From the NCBI GenBank assembly GCA_963701855.1, contig CAVPBK010000006.1, positions 160,001 to 224,000 of the forward strand: 64,000 nucleotides of DNA. Reading direction: 5' to 3'. This stretch comes from Nitrospirota bacterium. GTDB taxonomy: Bacteria; Nitrospirota; Nitrospiria; Nitrospirales; Nitrospiraceae. Both the position numbers and the translations under genes were made by a program. Shown here piece after piece: positions 52,193 to 63,987 of the stretch. The stretch's first letter is position 1. Each line of letters begins with the position of its first letter. The notes under the pieces were generated by a model. The model saw only the letters and a program-made list of their open reading frames with translations. It was not told the DNA's origin and searched no databases.

Positions 52193-52891
52193 ATGCTCAA
52201 ATTGATGCGTGAAGCGTCGCATAGCTATCCCTGGCTCCTCAAGTCCATCATGGGGATCATCGCGCTCGCATTCGTCATCACCATGGGCTGGTGGGGGTTC
52301 GGTGAACAGACCGGCTCCGTCGTCGCCTCAGTCGGAGATCTCAGTGTGTCCCGCGATGAGTTCCGACGTGCCTACGAGAATACCTATCGCTTCTATAAAG
52401 ACAAAGTCCCAGGAGAATTCAAAGACGAAACGATCAAGCAATTAGTGGTGGATCAACTCATCGACAATCGGACCTGGCTCATCGCGGCAAAAAACATGGG
52501 CCTCACAGTCGCTGACGACGAACTGCGTGAAGTTATCATGCAGATTCCAGATTTTCAAAAGAACAGCACATTCGATCCAGAGGCCTACCAACGGCTCCTC
52601 GCAGCGAATCATCTGACACCCGCGACATTCGAAGCGATGGAAGCGAAAGAAGTACTGAGCAATAAAGCCCGGATGATCATCCGCGACGCCGTGGCTCTTA
52701 CCCCTGCCGAGCTTGCCGAGGCGCAAGCCCTCACACTTCGGCAAACGGAATCAGACCCGGCAAAGGCCGCAGCCGGGAAGGACCGCGCCGTGCAGGACGT
52801 CCTCTTCCAAAAACAACAACGCGCACTGATGGCCTACACTGAGTCGCTCAAAACAACCATCCCCATCAAGATCAACCGAGAATTGCTCTAG
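52193..52891 (+). CDS. SurA N-terminal-domain protein (PpiD-like, no PPIase domain)
   Basis: ML..MR N-terminus, TM helix, IPDFQ...FD...Y. Confidence 0.8.
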   Translation: MLKLMREASHSYPWLLKSIMGIIALAFVITMGWWGFGEQTGSVVASVGDLSVSRDEFRRAYENTYRFYKDKVPGEFKDETIKQLVVDQLIDNRTWLIAAKNMGLTVADDELREVIMQIPDFQKNSTFDPEAYQRLLAANHLTPATFEAMEAKEVLSNKARMIIRDAVALTPAELAEAQALTLRQTESDPAKAAAGKDRAVQDVLFQKQQRALMAYTESLKTTIPIKINRELL

Positions 52892-52985
52892 CACCCCTCG
52901 TCAGAAACCATCAAGTCCTAACGTCTCAGGCGATCTTCAGCCGGAGCTTTCGGACTTGTCGGCTTATGACTTTCAGGCTCTGTCA

Positions 52986-53229
52986 GCAGGCTGCAGAAAA
53001 ACTCAGTTTATGCACAATACGCCGTTGGAATCTGACAGAATGGTCTGATAAAAATAGCCGCAGGGTGCTCAAAAAGGCTGTCCAGCAAGGCCGCAGCGAG
53101 TGAAGACCGGAGACGTCCCCTCTGGGTACGTTGAGGATCTGAACGATGCGAGAACGCCGCATGGGAAAAGGCGCATCTCGGCGCGCCAGAGTTGGGCGGG
53201 TGAGAAAAACGACTTTTTCAGTATCCTGC
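52986..53229 (+). repeat. Family A element copy 8 (left extension plus insert Y)
   Basis: Termini and core; GCATGGGAA...CTCGGCGCGCC...GTTGGGCGGGTGAGAA shared with copy 6. Confidence 0.85.
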
Positions 53230-54248
53230 TAGAGAATCAACATCGCATCGCCATAACTATAGAAACGGTACCGTTCGCGAACCGCTTCCGCATAGGCCTG
53301 TCGAAGACATTCGGTCCCGGTCAATGCGGAGACCAGCATCAACAACGTGGTACGTGGCAAGTGAAAATTCGTGAGGAGGGCATTGACTACCTTGAACGGA
53401 AATCCTGGTGTCATAAACATATTTGTTTCTCCACGATAGGGCCGGATCTGGCCGACCGCGCAAGCTGCTGTTTCGAGTGCGCGTACGACGGTGGTCCCGA
53501 CAGCGACAATTCGTTTCCCTGTTGCTCGAACCTGCTCAATGGCACGCACCGCCTCTGCTCCGACCTCGATCCATTCTGCGCCCATCCGATGGTCTTCGAT
53601 CTGATCAACCGTCACCGGCTTGAAGGTTCCAACGCCGACATGGAGCGTGACGGTCGCAAGACCGATCCCCCGCTGTTGCAGCCGTGCCAGTAGCTGCGGT
53701 GTGAAATGGAGTCCGGCAGTCGGCGCCGCAATTGCACCCTCATGCTGCGCGAACAGGGTCTGGTACCATTCGCGATCCTGGTCGGTCGGTGCCCGTTTCA
53801 TGTAAGGTGGAAGTGGCATTCGACCATGTTGCCGCAGCCATTCAGACAACGGAATCGGACTTTCGACTCGAACCGTCGTTCTGGTCTCGCCACGCTCAAC
53901 CACCACAGCCACAGCCTCTGAACCCATCTCAATAATCTGTCCCGGTCGAAACGTTCCCTTGATCAGCACTTCCCACATCGCATCGCCGAGATCCTTCACA
54001 AAGAGGATCTCGACTTTCGCGCCGGAAGGACGCTTTAATCCAGCCACGCGCGCGGCCAATACCTTTGTGTCGTTGGCCACGAGGAGGTCGCCTGCCTGAA
54101 GAAGATCGGGCAACGCGTCGATGCGGTGATGGGCGAGCGAGCAATCGACACGCTGCAAAGTGAGCAGCCTGGCGTGATCGCGCGGGAGGGTTGGGTGAGA
54201 GGCAATCAGCGAGGAATCAAAGGGAAAGTCGAATTCTGAGAGCTGCAT
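53229..54248 (-). CDS. queA: S-adenosylmethionine:tRNA ribosyltransferase-isomerase
   Basis: PLPPY, AAPTAGLHF, TNFHLP, YRFYSYGDAM. Confidence 0.96.
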   Translation of the reverse strand: MQLSEFDFPFDSSLIASHPTLPRDHARLLTLQRVDCSLAHHRIDALPDLLQAGDLLVANDTKVLAARVAGLKRPSGAKVEILFVKDLGDAMWEVLIKGTFRPGQIIEMGSEAVAVVVERGETRTTVRVESPIPLSEWLRQHGRMPLPPYMKRAPTDQDREWYQTLFAQHEGAIAAPTAGLHFTPQLLARLQQRGIGLATVTLHVGVGTFKPVTVDQIEDHRMGAEWIEVGAEAVRAIEQVRATGKRIVAVGTTVVRALETAACAVGQIRPYRGETNMFMTPGFPFKVVNALLTNFHLPRTTLLMLVSALTGTECLRQAYAEAVRERYRFYSYGDAMLIL

Positions 54249-55477
54249 CAGAAAGACGGCGGGGTCGGAGCTTTAGTCAGTGTCATATTCTGCAATTCTG
54301 TCCCTGGATAATAATACTGAAGAATCGTGGAGAAGGGATAGCCCAATTCAGCCAATTCCTTCGCACCCCATTGGCACATGCCAACGGCGTGGCCAGCGCC
54401 GAAACCAGAAAGCACCACATCTCGGCCGATCGATTCGATAGCAAACTGCGTGCTGGGGATGATGGTGTAGCCGACGGCTTTCCGTAACTCCTCTCCACGA
54501 AGAACCAATTCTCCACCAGAGTGGAGAATACGAAGCTTCGCGACTCGCCCTCCACGGCTAAACGACAACGGGGTGATCGTTGCGATGGTGCCAACGGAAA
54601 ACCCCTGCTGCCGCAAATTCTGCTCAAGGATGTCGAGTTTAAAGGAGGACCTCCATTGATAGTAGGGCGACATAAGATCGAAGGGGCACTCCACGCCCTT
54701 GAGATAGGGATACTCTTTCGACCACACATTCATGGCATCTTCCGTCAGTCCGGCAGCCGTCGATGAGAACGCTGCATAGATCGGCGCATCCTGGTAGGTC
54801 ACAACCAGCCCACGTGTTTCTTCGACCGCGCGAAGAATTCCAGCATCAACCCCCTGCTTCCCGCGATAGACTTGGTCTTGCACCGTCGCCGCGACGTCGT
54901 ACTCTCGCGTCGCGCTCAGCATCTGCTGATAGAGTGCATAGGTCCTGGCTGCAACCGCCTGTGCTTTCAACATCTCCGGATGCCAGGTTGAACTGACCTC
55001 GGCGGGAACCACCCCTTTGACGTATTCTTCGATATCCACCAGATTAATGACCAGAAACCCGTTGCCTCTTCGCACGAGATGGACAGCACCGCTCACCGAA
55101 ATCTCTACACCGGAGTCACCCGATGACACCGCTGTTCCGTTGGGCCTCCGAGAAAAACGTGGAAAGGTCAGCGTGAGACCTTGCTCTCCAGCCTGCAGCG
55201 TCAGCTGATCCGTCTGCATGCGGACACCATTCAGCAAAAACCCCGTTTCTTCGACTGCAACCTGGACCGACGCACGCAGAGTCTGACTATGACCTTTTGC
55301 ATCCGTCGCCCACAACGGACTGTCTGCACGCATATCGAGCCCTAGCACGTCGGACGATAGCAGAACTCTGATCGACTGCGCTGCCTCGACCCCCGAAGAC
55401 AGAACAAGAACGAATGCTCCTGCCGCGATGGCCCGGCACAATCCACCTCTCAATTGCTTCACCGGCGAAAAATCCAT
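54248..55477 (-). CDS. SpoIID/LytB-domain protein
   Basis: EEYVKGVVPAE, KAQAVAARTY, GHAVGMCQWGA. Confidence 0.9.
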   Translation of the reverse strand: MDFSPVKQLRGGLCRAIAAGAFVLVLSSGVEAAQSIRVLLSSDVLGLDMRADSPLWATDAKGHSQTLRASVQVAVEETGFLLNGVRMQTDQLTLQAGEQGLTLTFPRFSRRPNGTAVSSGDSGVEISVSGAVHLVRRGNGFLVINLVDIEEYVKGVVPAEVSSTWHPEMLKAQAVAARTYALYQQMLSATREYDVAATVQDQVYRGKQGVDAGILRAVEETRGLVVTYQDAPIYAAFSSTAAGLTEDAMNVWSKEYPYLKGVECPFDLMSPYYQWRSSFKLDILEQNLRQQGFSVGTIATITPLSFSRGGRVAKLRILHSGGELVLRGEELRKAVGYTIIPSTQFAIESIGRDVVLSGFGAGHAVGMCQWGAKELAELGYPFSTILQYYYPGTELQNMTLTKAPTPPSF

Positions 55478-55713
55478 GTTATCAAGTAGAATACCAGACT
55501 TAAGATGATGCTCAGGAGCAGGCTGGTTGCGAGCGGAAATGAGAAGCTGAAGTTATCTCGTCGAATGGAGATGTCGCCGGGAAGCTTGCCGAACCAGCCC
55601 AAGAGGCTCCCAACTCCTGGAATACGGTCTGCAATTAACATCAACAAGCCAACCAACACCACGCATAGCCCGACTCCAATGATGACCTTGCCTAGATTTC
55701 CCCACTCAGTCAT
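55459..55713 (-). CDS. DUF2905-like small membrane protein
   Basis: GKLPGDI...FPLATS. Confidence 0.8.
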   Translation of the reverse strand: MTEWGNLGKVIIGVGLCVVLVGLLMLIADRIPGVGSLLGWFGKLPGDISIRRDNFSFSFPLATSLLLSIILSLVFYLITWIFRR

Positions 55714-56729
55714 CAGCCTTGAACTAAATGTTCTGCGATTTGTACCGCATTGAGCGCGGCCCCTTTGCGCAAATTATCCGCTACCACCCACAGATTGAGC
55801 CCGTTGGCGATCGATTCATCTTCGCGAACGCGGCCGACATACACCTCATCCTTCCCGGCCACCTCCAACGGCATGGGATAGATCTTGTGTGCCGGATCGT
55901 CATAGAGCAACACGCCGGGCGCGGTGGAGAGAATGGCACGGGCATCGTTGGCCGATAACTTTCGCTCCGTCTCAATATTAACCGCTTCCGAATGTCCGAC
56001 ATACACCGGGACCCGCACGGTCGTCGCCGTCACATAAATCGACTCGTCACCCATGATCTTCCTCGTCTCATGGACCATCTTCATCTCTTCCTTCGTGTAC
56101 CCTGAAGGCAGAAAGTCGTCAATCTGAGGCAAACAATTGAATGCGATCTGATAGGGGTAGACCTTGGGACTCGCCGGCTTAAAGCTCAGCAGATCTTGGC
56201 ATTCCGTCATAAGCTCATCCATAGCATCTTTTCCCGTACCAGAGACCGATTGAAAAGTCGTGACGACAATCCGCTTGATCCTGGCCTCATCATGCAAGGG
56301 TTTCAACGCCACGACCATTTGAATCGTAGAACAATTCGGATTGGCGATGATCCCCTTGTGTCGTTGAATGTCGCGTGCGTTCACCTCCGGCACCACAAGC
56401 GGCACGTCAGGGGTCATCCTCCAAGCGGCGCTATTATCAATCACCACAGCACCAGCCTTCACTGCGATCGGAGCGAACTCTCGACTAAGATCTGCCCCGG
56501 CAGAAAACAGTGCGATGTCCACGCCGACAAACGAGTCCTTCGTCAACACCTCGACGGTAACCTCGTTTCCTTCAAATGTCACCGTACCGCCAGCCGACCG
56601 AGTCGATGCGAGCGGCACCAGGCGTGCAACGGGAAACTTTCGCTCCTCAAGCACCTCGATCATTTCGGTGCCCACCGCCCCGGTGGCGCCGACGACCGCC
56701 ACGACATACCCGAACTGTTTTTTCACCAT
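55713..56729 (-). CDS. asd: Aspartate-semialdehyde dehydrogenase
   Basis: GATGAVG, NPNCST, DNLRKGAA. Confidence 0.96.
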   Translation of the reverse strand: MVKKQFGYVVAVVGATGAVGTEMIEVLEERKFPVARLVPLASTRSAGGTVTFEGNEVTVEVLTKDSFVGVDIALFSAGADLSREFAPIAVKAGAVVIDNSAAWRMTPDVPLVVPEVNARDIQRHKGIIANPNCSTIQMVVALKPLHDEARIKRIVVTTFQSVSGTGKDAMDELMTECQDLLSFKPASPKVYPYQIAFNCLPQIDDFLPSGYTKEEMKMVHETRKIMGDESIYVTATTVRVPVYVGHSEAVNIETERKLSANDARAILSTAPGVLLYDDPAHKIYPMPLEVAGKDEVYVGRVREDESIANGLNLWVVADNLRKGAALNAVQIAEHLVQG

Positions 56730-56744
56730 GAGCCTCGGCCCTAC

Positions 56745-57956
56745 CTACTGCGCGATCTCGCGAATGCAATGATTGAACGTATCAGCCACAAGCACATGCC
56801 CTGCGCGATCCAGCACGATGCCAAACGGATAGCTTAAGCCGGCTTCGAGAGCCGCGCCCCCATCGCCTCCATAGTTGGCCACACCCACACCGGCAATGCG
56901 CTCAATACGCCCGGTGATTCGGTCCCATCGCCGTACCAGATGATTGTCCGAGTCAGTTATGTAGAGATTCCCCCCTTCATCCAACGCAATTCCCGATGGC
57001 CGGGAGAGACTATTACTGGACGGTTCATCCGGCCCCTGGTACCGATATTCACCGCCGTCCCCTACCACAGTTCGTATGAGACCAGTGACAGGATCGACAG
57101 CACGGATCCTTCCATTGAAGCTATCGGAAATGAATAGTGTGCCATCTGATGCCAGCGCCAATCCGCATGGACCGGCCAGACCGGTTTCTGTCGCAGCCAC
57201 ACCGTCTCCATTATACACAGCCATTCCTGTCCCTGCGACCGTACAAATCACTCCGGTGGCCAAATCCACCGCCCTCACGCGGTTATTGTTCTGATCGGCA
57301 ATATAGAGGATGCCTCCCTCGCTCAATGCTAAAGCAGCCGGCTCATTCAACCCGGCCTCCACGGCCAATCCTCCATCACCAGAGCACCGAGCCCGGCCCA
57401 GGCCAGCGACCGTCGAGATCATCCCGGTCGCGGCATCCACCCGCCGTACCCGATGGTTTAGCGTGTCCGCAATGTAGAGATGCCCTGCCCGATCGACCAC
57501 TACCGCAGTCGGAAAATTCAACAGCGCATGATCCGCAGGACCACCATCACCACTGAATCGTGTAGCCGGTGCTGTACCGGTCGCAATGTAACGCACAGTC
57601 CCACTCAGGTCCGTCTGTTGAGTAACGGCGTGCAAATTGACGCTGCCGCACTCAGCAAAAGGATCACCATCCACTCCCTCAGCAGCCGGAACGGGCAAAA
57701 CGGGTTTCGCTCCTGCTTCAAACGCCTGAATACGGCCCGCGACCGTCTTGATACGGTTGGTCTTCCGGTCGATCTTCCGAACGACGTGGTTCTCAGAGTC
57801 AGCGATAAATAGGTTTCCCTCTGCGTCGAGGGTGAGACTCTTCGGCTCATTCAGACGAGCCGCACAGGCCGTAGCCCCATCACCGGACCAGCCTGAGTCT
57901 CCGGTACCGACAACGGTCTGGATCAATCGAGTTTTGAGATCTATCTTCATCTGCAT
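56745..57956 (-). CDS. NHL-repeat beta-propeller protein
   Basis: Repeated GDGG.A..A.L..P...G.LYIAD..N.RVR units. Confidence 0.88.
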   Translation of the reverse strand: MQMKIDLKTRLIQTVVGTGDSGWSGDGATACAARLNEPKSLTLDAEGNLFIADSENHVVRKIDRKTNRIKTVAGRIQAFEAGAKPVLPVPAAEGVDGDPFAECGSVNLHAVTQQTDLSGTVRYIATGTAPATRFSGDGGPADHALLNFPTAVVVDRAGHLYIADTLNHRVRRVDAATGMISTVAGLGRARCSGDGGLAVEAGLNEPAALALSEGGILYIADQNNNRVRAVDLATGVICTVAGTGMAVYNGDGVAATETGLAGPCGLALASDGTLFISDSFNGRIRAVDPVTGLIRTVVGDGGEYRYQGPDEPSSNSLSRPSGIALDEGGNLYITDSDNHLVRRWDRITGRIERIAGVGVANYGGDGGAALEAGLSYPFGIVLDRAGHVLVADTFNHCIREIAQ

Positions 57957-57968
57957 CGAGAGTCTAGC

Positions 57969-59042
57969 TTAGCTCAGATTACGCAGGATGGCCTCGCCCA
58001 TCTCTGTTGTGCTGACCAGGCGAGTACCCGGACTATGAATATCTTTCGTGCGATAGCCGAGATCCAGGGTTTTCATGATCGCTTGCTCGATGGCAGCGGC
58101 TTCCTTCTCCAACTTGAATCCATAAGACAGCATCATCGCCGCCGAGGCAATCGTCGCAATGGGATTTGCCACATTTTTCCCTGCAATGTCCGGCGCGCTG
58201 CCATGAATCGGCTCGAACAGTCCGACCTGCGCACCAATACTAGCCGACGGCAGCATACCGATGGACCCGGTCAACATCGCGGCCTCATCGCTCAAAATAT
58301 CGCCAAATATATTGTTGCAAAGCATCACATCGAACTGCCGCGGGTTGCGCACGAGTTGCATCGCCGCATTGTCGACATAGATATGACTCAACTCTACATC
58401 TCGATAATCATTGTGAACGTCGGTGACTACACGACGCCACAGTTCGGATGACTCCAGCACGTTCGCTTTGTCGACGGACATCACTTTTTTTCGGCGTTTT
58501 CTCGCTGCCTCGAACGCGACTTTCGCAATGCGTTGGATTTCTTCAGTGGTATAGACCTCAGTGTTGACACCCCGCTCACTCCCATTCGGCAGCTTCTCGA
58601 TCCCTTTTGGTTTTCCAAAGTAGATGCCGCCGGTCAGTTCCCGGATGACGAGGATATCAATCCCTTCGATCACGTCACGTTTCAGCGTGGAGGCATCGGC
58701 CAACATCGGGTACAACTTCGCCGGCCGTAAATTCGCGTAGAGACCCAGTTGCTCGCGCAATCCCAACAACGCGCGCTCTGGACGCAGGCTATACTCCAAC
58801 CCCTCCCACTTAGGGCCACCAACCGCACCGAGTAAGACGGCATCGCTCTGTTTGGCCAAGGTCAGCGTTTCCTGAGGGAGCGGGACACCCACTTTGTCGA
58901 TAGCCTGCCCACCGACATCACCGGACAGGAACTCAAGTGTGTGCTGGAACTTCTCGGCCACAGCTTTCAGCACCTTCACGGCCTCAGGAACGATCTCCCG
59001 ACCTACTCCATCACCAGCTAGTACAGCAATCGTTGCTTTCAC
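57969..59042 (-). CDS. leuB: 3-isopropylmalate dehydrogenase
   Basis: [26 protein letters not shown]. Confidence 0.95.
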   Translation of the reverse strand: MKATIAVLAGDGVGREIVPEAVKVLKAVAEKFQHTLEFLSGDVGGQAIDKVGVPLPQETLTLAKQSDAVLLGAVGGPKWEGLEYSLRPERALLGLREQLGLYANLRPAKLYPMLADASTLKRDVIEGIDILVIRELTGGIYFGKPKGIEKLPNGSERGVNTEVYTTEEIQRIAKVAFEAARKRRKKVMSVDKANVLESSELWRRVVTDVHNDYRDVELSHIYVDNAAMQLVRNPRQFDVMLCNNIFGDILSDEAAMLTGSIGMLPSASIGAQVGLFEPIHGSAPDIAGKNVANPIATIASAAMMLSYGFKLEKEAAAIEQAIMKTLDLGYRTKDIHSPGTRLVSTTEMGEAILRNLS

Positions 59043-59082
59043 AGACCACTCTCCCTCTGTATGAGATATGACCGCACAAGCT

Positions 59083-59466
59083 CTATTCCAGAACTTCCTC
59101 ATCCTCTAGTCGCCAAGCAGGATCGACCAAGCAGAGAAACTCGATGGCAGTGGTTCCACTATTTTCCAGAGACTGCTTGCCTCCAGGCGGCACATAGATG
59201 ACGGAACCTGGATTCACCTCGACGACCGAGTCGTCTATGGTCATTCGTCCCTGGCCAGCGATAATGTAGTAGACCTCTGAGGAGGTCAGCCTGTGCCATT
59301 TAGACCGAGCGCCGGGAGCCAAGGTTCCATGCGCCATACTATATCCAAGCCCGAGTGTTTGTTTTCCCGGATGCAGCAGCTCTCGCAGGAAGGTATGGTC
59401 GCCGGCCAGAAACTCCGGACGATCTGCCAAGGTGACGTGAACCACGGGGCACCTCAGATCCAACAA
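59083..59466 (-). CDS. Cupin-domain protein
   Basis: WH....EVYY...G.G, VPPG...N; start uncertain. Confidence 0.8.
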   Translation of the reverse strand: MLDLRCPVVHVTLADRPEFLAGDHTFLRELLHPGKQTLGLGYSMAHGTLAPGARSKWHRLTSSEVYYIIAGQGRMTIDDSVVEVNPGSVIYVPPGGKQSLENSGTTAIEFLCLVDPAWRLEDEEVLE

Positions 59467-59517
59467 TATATTTCCGGTCTCATGTCGGGACCGCTGACTG
59501 TATCGTGGTGACTTTCC

Positions 59518-61065
59518 CTAAATCAAGTTCACCTTCTGTTCGCCCTGCGCCTGTTTTCCTGCCAAGTACGACAGCTTATTCAGCGCATTGAGATAGGCCC
59601 GCGCTGAGGCCATGATAATATCCGTATCCGCCCCATGGCCCGAGACGGTGCGCCCACCTTCTTGAACCCGGACCGAGACTTCGCCTTGGGCGTCAGTCCC
59701 ACCGGTAATCGCCTTGACGACATACATGAGAAGCGTACTCTTTGTCTGCGTGATGGCGGCAATCGTCCGATAGACCGCATCAACCGGCCCATCGCCTGTC
59801 CCGGTCTGCGAGATCATTCGTCCGTCGATCTCGAGTTTGACCGTGGCGGTCGGCACCTGATCCGTCCCGCTGGCCACATGGAACGACTTCAGTGTGATCC
59901 GATCGGCCATCTTGGCCAACTCTTCGGAGACAATGACTTCGAGATCCTCTTCGTAGATCTCCCTCTTCTGATCAGCCAGCTTTTTAAATCGCTCGAATGC
60001 ATGGTTGACCTCTTCGTCCGAGAGCGTATACCCTAACTCCACCAGCCTCTGTCGAAACGCGTGCCGGCCTGAAAGCTTCCCCATAACCATCTTGCTCTCA
60101 ACCAGACCAATCGTCTCCGGTCGTATAATTTCGTAGGTCGTCTTGTCCTTCAGCAGACCGTCTTGGTGAATGCCGGACGTGTGGGCAAAGGCATTGGCTC
60201 CGACAATCGCTTTGTTCGGCTGCACCACCATGCCGGTGATTTTGCTGACCAATCGACTGGTCTTCGAAATCTCTTCGGTGCGAATCTTCGTGTCTGCTTG
60301 ATAGAAATCCTTCCTGGTCCGAAGCCCCATGACAATTTCTTCCAATGCAGTATTCCCTGCCCGTTCGCCAATTCCGTTGATCGTGCATTCGACTTGGCCT
60401 GCCCCTTCGAACACCGCCGCCAAGCTATTCCCTACGGCCAGGCCCAAATCATTGTGACAATGGACGGAAATCACCGCCTTGGCACTATTTGATACCTGCT
60501 CGCGAATGCCACGAATAAGCCGGCCGAATTCTTGTGGCACTGCATAGCCGACCGTATCAGGAATATTGATCGTCCCGGCTCCTGCGGCAATCACCGCCTC
60601 GATCACCTCATAGAGATAGGCAGGATCGGAGCGACTGGCATCCATGGGAGAAAACTCCACATCGTCCACATAGCCCCGTGCCCGTTGCACCATCTCCACC
60701 GCGCGCCTCTTCGCCTCATCGCGTGTCATTCTAAACTGGTGCTTCAAATGGATATCCGAGGTCGAGAGAAACGTATGAATCCGGACCTTCTGAGCCCCCT
60801 TCAATGCCTCCCAAGCTCGATCGATATCTTCCGGACGCGCCCGCGCCAAGCTACAAATCGTCGGCCCCTCGACTTCCTGAGCAATCCGCCGCACCGCTTC
60901 AAAATCTCCAGGAGAACTATAGGCAAATCCTGCTTCGATGATATCGACCCCCAACCGTGCCAGCTGCTTCGCCACCATGATTTTCTCTTCCACATTCATG
61001 CTAGCCCCTGGCGATTGCTCGCCGTCTCGCAAGGTCGTGTCGAAAACTCGTATCATGCGTGTCAT
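59518..61065 (-). CDS. leuA: 2-isopropylmalate synthase
   Basis: DTTLRDGEQ, HCHNDLG, GERAGN, regulatory domain. Confidence 0.96.
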   Translation of the reverse strand: MTRMIRVFDTTLRDGEQSPGASMNVEEKIMVAKQLARLGVDIIEAGFAYSSPGDFEAVRRIAQEVEGPTICSLARARPEDIDRAWEALKGAQKVRIHTFLSTSDIHLKHQFRMTRDEAKRRAVEMVQRARGYVDDVEFSPMDASRSDPAYLYEVIEAVIAAGAGTINIPDTVGYAVPQEFGRLIRGIREQVSNSAKAVISVHCHNDLGLAVGNSLAAVFEGAGQVECTINGIGERAGNTALEEIVMGLRTRKDFYQADTKIRTEEISKTSRLVSKITGMVVQPNKAIVGANAFAHTSGIHQDGLLKDKTTYEIIRPETIGLVESKMVMGKLSGRHAFRQRLVELGYTLSDEEVNHAFERFKKLADQKREIYEEDLEVIVSEELAKMADRITLKSFHVASGTDQVPTATVKLEIDGRMISQTGTGDGPVDAVYRTIAAITQTKSTLLMYVVKAITGGTDAQGEVSVRVQEGGRTVSGHGADTDIIMASARAYLNALNKLSYLAGKQAQGEQKVNLI

Positions 61066-61121
61066 GCTTTCACCTCTCTGGTCTTATGAGATTGCACAAA
61101 ATGCCTTTCCAGCAATCTCAA

Positions 61122-61376
61122 ATAAAAAAGCCTCCGTCCCTACGCCCAGGGACGGAGGCTTTGAGAAGCTCCGTGGTACCACCCTGATTTAGCCATGAGC
61201 AACGTCGCTGCTCACAGCCCTTCGTTACGCCCTGTCACGGGGGCGAGACGGAATCCATTACTCAAGGTTCACGGATTCTGGCTCAGAGGCGAGTTCGGCG
61301 CCGCGCAGGCTGGTTTGCACCATTCACCAGCTCTCTCGCTGCTGTGCGTATCGCGTACTACTCCTCGTCGCAGCCA
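61122..61376 (-). ncRNA. Leucine T-box riboswitch with intrinsic terminator
   Basis: Stem I with AGUA / AGAGAG / GGUG motifs, GAA-CUC specifier (61291-61293), AGGG-UGGUACC-ACGG antiterminator, overlapping terminator with U-tract. Confidence 0.9.
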
Positions 61377-61377
61377 T

Positions 61378-61418
61378 TAGCAGGATACTGAAACGTCTAC
61401 TAGCTTCGTCTTCGCATA
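61378..61418 (-). repeat. Truncated family A end
   Basis: TAGCAGGATACTGAAA...CTTCGTCTTCGCAT resembles the start of copy 4. Confidence 0.5.
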
Positions 61419-61442
61419 CCAAAATAGTGTTTCACCAGTCTA

Positions 61443-62249
61443 TTAGTACTTCGATTCCGTCACCGACTGCTCAGGCTTAGGCGACGGACGCCTCCCAGTC
61501 ACCTTAGATAGAAGGCCGACGAGCCGTTCTGCCGGACCGAGCAAGGCGTATCCGGAAAAAATGACAAATAGCATAACTTGGGGCCAGGCGGCTACGAGCA
61601 TGAGCGCCAAAATTCCCCAGACGAGATACGTAATATGTTGACCACCTCGAAACTTCATGTCTTTAAAGCTCCGATACTTGATGGTGCTCACCATCAGGAA
61701 CGAAAGGGTCAGCGTAATAATCAGGACAAGGAGAGGTTTCACTTCCGTTCCAATCCTGACGCTATAATGGTCGAAAATCACAAGCGACGCCACAACCCCT
61801 GCCGCTGCAGGAATGGCTAAGCCGGTAAAGTACTTGCCGTCCGGAACGGATGTAGTCGAGTTAAACCGGGCCAACCGAACCGCACCCATCGCCACATAAG
61901 CAAACATCACCGCCATACCGAACATACCCTGTCCGCTCAGCGCCCAGGAATATATCAAGAGGCCCGGAGCAACTCCGAACGACACCACATCGGACAATGA
62001 GTCGTATTCAAAGCCGAAATGGCTGGTACTGTTCGTCAACCGTGCGGACTTTCCATCAAGCACGTCGAAGACCATAGCCACCAGGATGGCGACCGCTGCG
62101 ACCATGTAGTCTGCATTGAACACGGACAACATCGAAAACACGCCACACAATAGATTCCCTGTCGTAAAAAGATTCGGAATCAAGTGCATGGCGGCTTTAC
62201 GCCGCTTCCCATCTCTTCCAAATGATTGCCGAAGTCCCATGGGTTTCAC
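61443..62249 (-). CDS. pssA: CDP-diacylglycerol--serine O-phosphatidyltransferase
   Basis: DG..AR...S.FG...DS..D, RLARFN. Confidence 0.92.
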   Translation of the reverse strand: MKPMGLRQSFGRDGKRRKAAMHLIPNLFTTGNLLCGVFSMLSVFNADYMVAAVAILVAMVFDVLDGKSARLTNSTSHFGFEYDSLSDVVSFGVAPGLLIYSWALSGQGMFGMAVMFAYVAMGAVRLARFNSTTSVPDGKYFTGLAIPAAAGVVASLVIFDHYSVRIGTEVKPLLVLIITLTLSFLMVSTIKYRSFKDMKFRGGQHITYLVWGILALMLVAAWPQVMLFVIFSGYALLGPAERLVGLLSKVTGRRPSPKPEQSVTESKY

Positions 62250-62896
62250 GGTAATTCTCCCAGGATGGTTTCCCCACCTTTGACCCGGTCGCCGACTGCA
62301 ACTCTTACAGCCGTCCCGATAGGAAGAAACGTATCCATTCGCGACCCAAATCGAATCAAACCGAACCGTTCACCGCATACAGCCCGATCTCCCGGCGAGA
62401 TCCAACAAACGATCCGTCTGGCAATCAACCCGGCCACCTGTACACACAGCACCCTCACACCCTGCGCTGTCCGAATCATCAGGGCGTTTTGCTCGTTCCT
62501 CAACGTTGCATCCGGCTTGCTGGCAACCAAAAACAAACCTGGTTGGTACTGCACATCCTCGATGACTCCTTCACAGGGCATCCGATTAATGTGCACATCG
62601 AATACATTCAAGAAGATGCTGATCCTGATACTACGATCCTTGATGAATCGGGGCTCGAACTCTTCCTCGATAGCGACGACCTTCCCGTCACCGGACGCCA
62701 CGACAAGACGCGAACCTTGAGGGATCACCCGGGATGGATTACGAAAGAACCAAGAGACAAAGAGCGTCAGGAGCGCCGCCCCAACCGCCACAACCATCCA
62801 ACCCAACCATCCTGCCAGTAGTGTAACGCCGGCAGCGGCCACGATGAAGGGAATTCCTTCTTTGGCAAACGGGATGCCGACGGCACGATCCGCCAC
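62246..62896 (-). CDS. psd: Phosphatidylserine decarboxylase proenzyme
   Basis: FFRNP, DVHINR, RFGSR cleavage motif. Confidence 0.92.
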   Translation of the reverse strand: MADRAVGIPFAKEGIPFIVAAAGVTLLAGWLGWMVVAVGAALLTLFVSWFFRNPSRVIPQGSRLVVASGDGKVVAIEEEFEPRFIKDRSIRISIFLNVFDVHINRMPCEGVIEDVQYQPGLFLVASKPDATLRNEQNALMIRTAQGVRVLCVQVAGLIARRIVCWISPGDRAVCGERFGLIRFGSRMDTFLPIGTAVRVAVGDRVKGGETILGELP

Positions 62897-62910
62897 AGAG
62901 TCCTCAATCT

Positions 62911-63987
<1,077 letters not shown>

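Noticed and set aside
52900..52980. Degenerate short repeats (GACTTTC/GGACTTG-like) after the SurA-like gene
   Set aside because: Too degenerate to define a unit or function
53100..53693. 197-aa ORF and similar ORFs or extensions at 7586, 24556 and 28588
   Set aside because: They are translations of family A repeats and/or antisense to real genes
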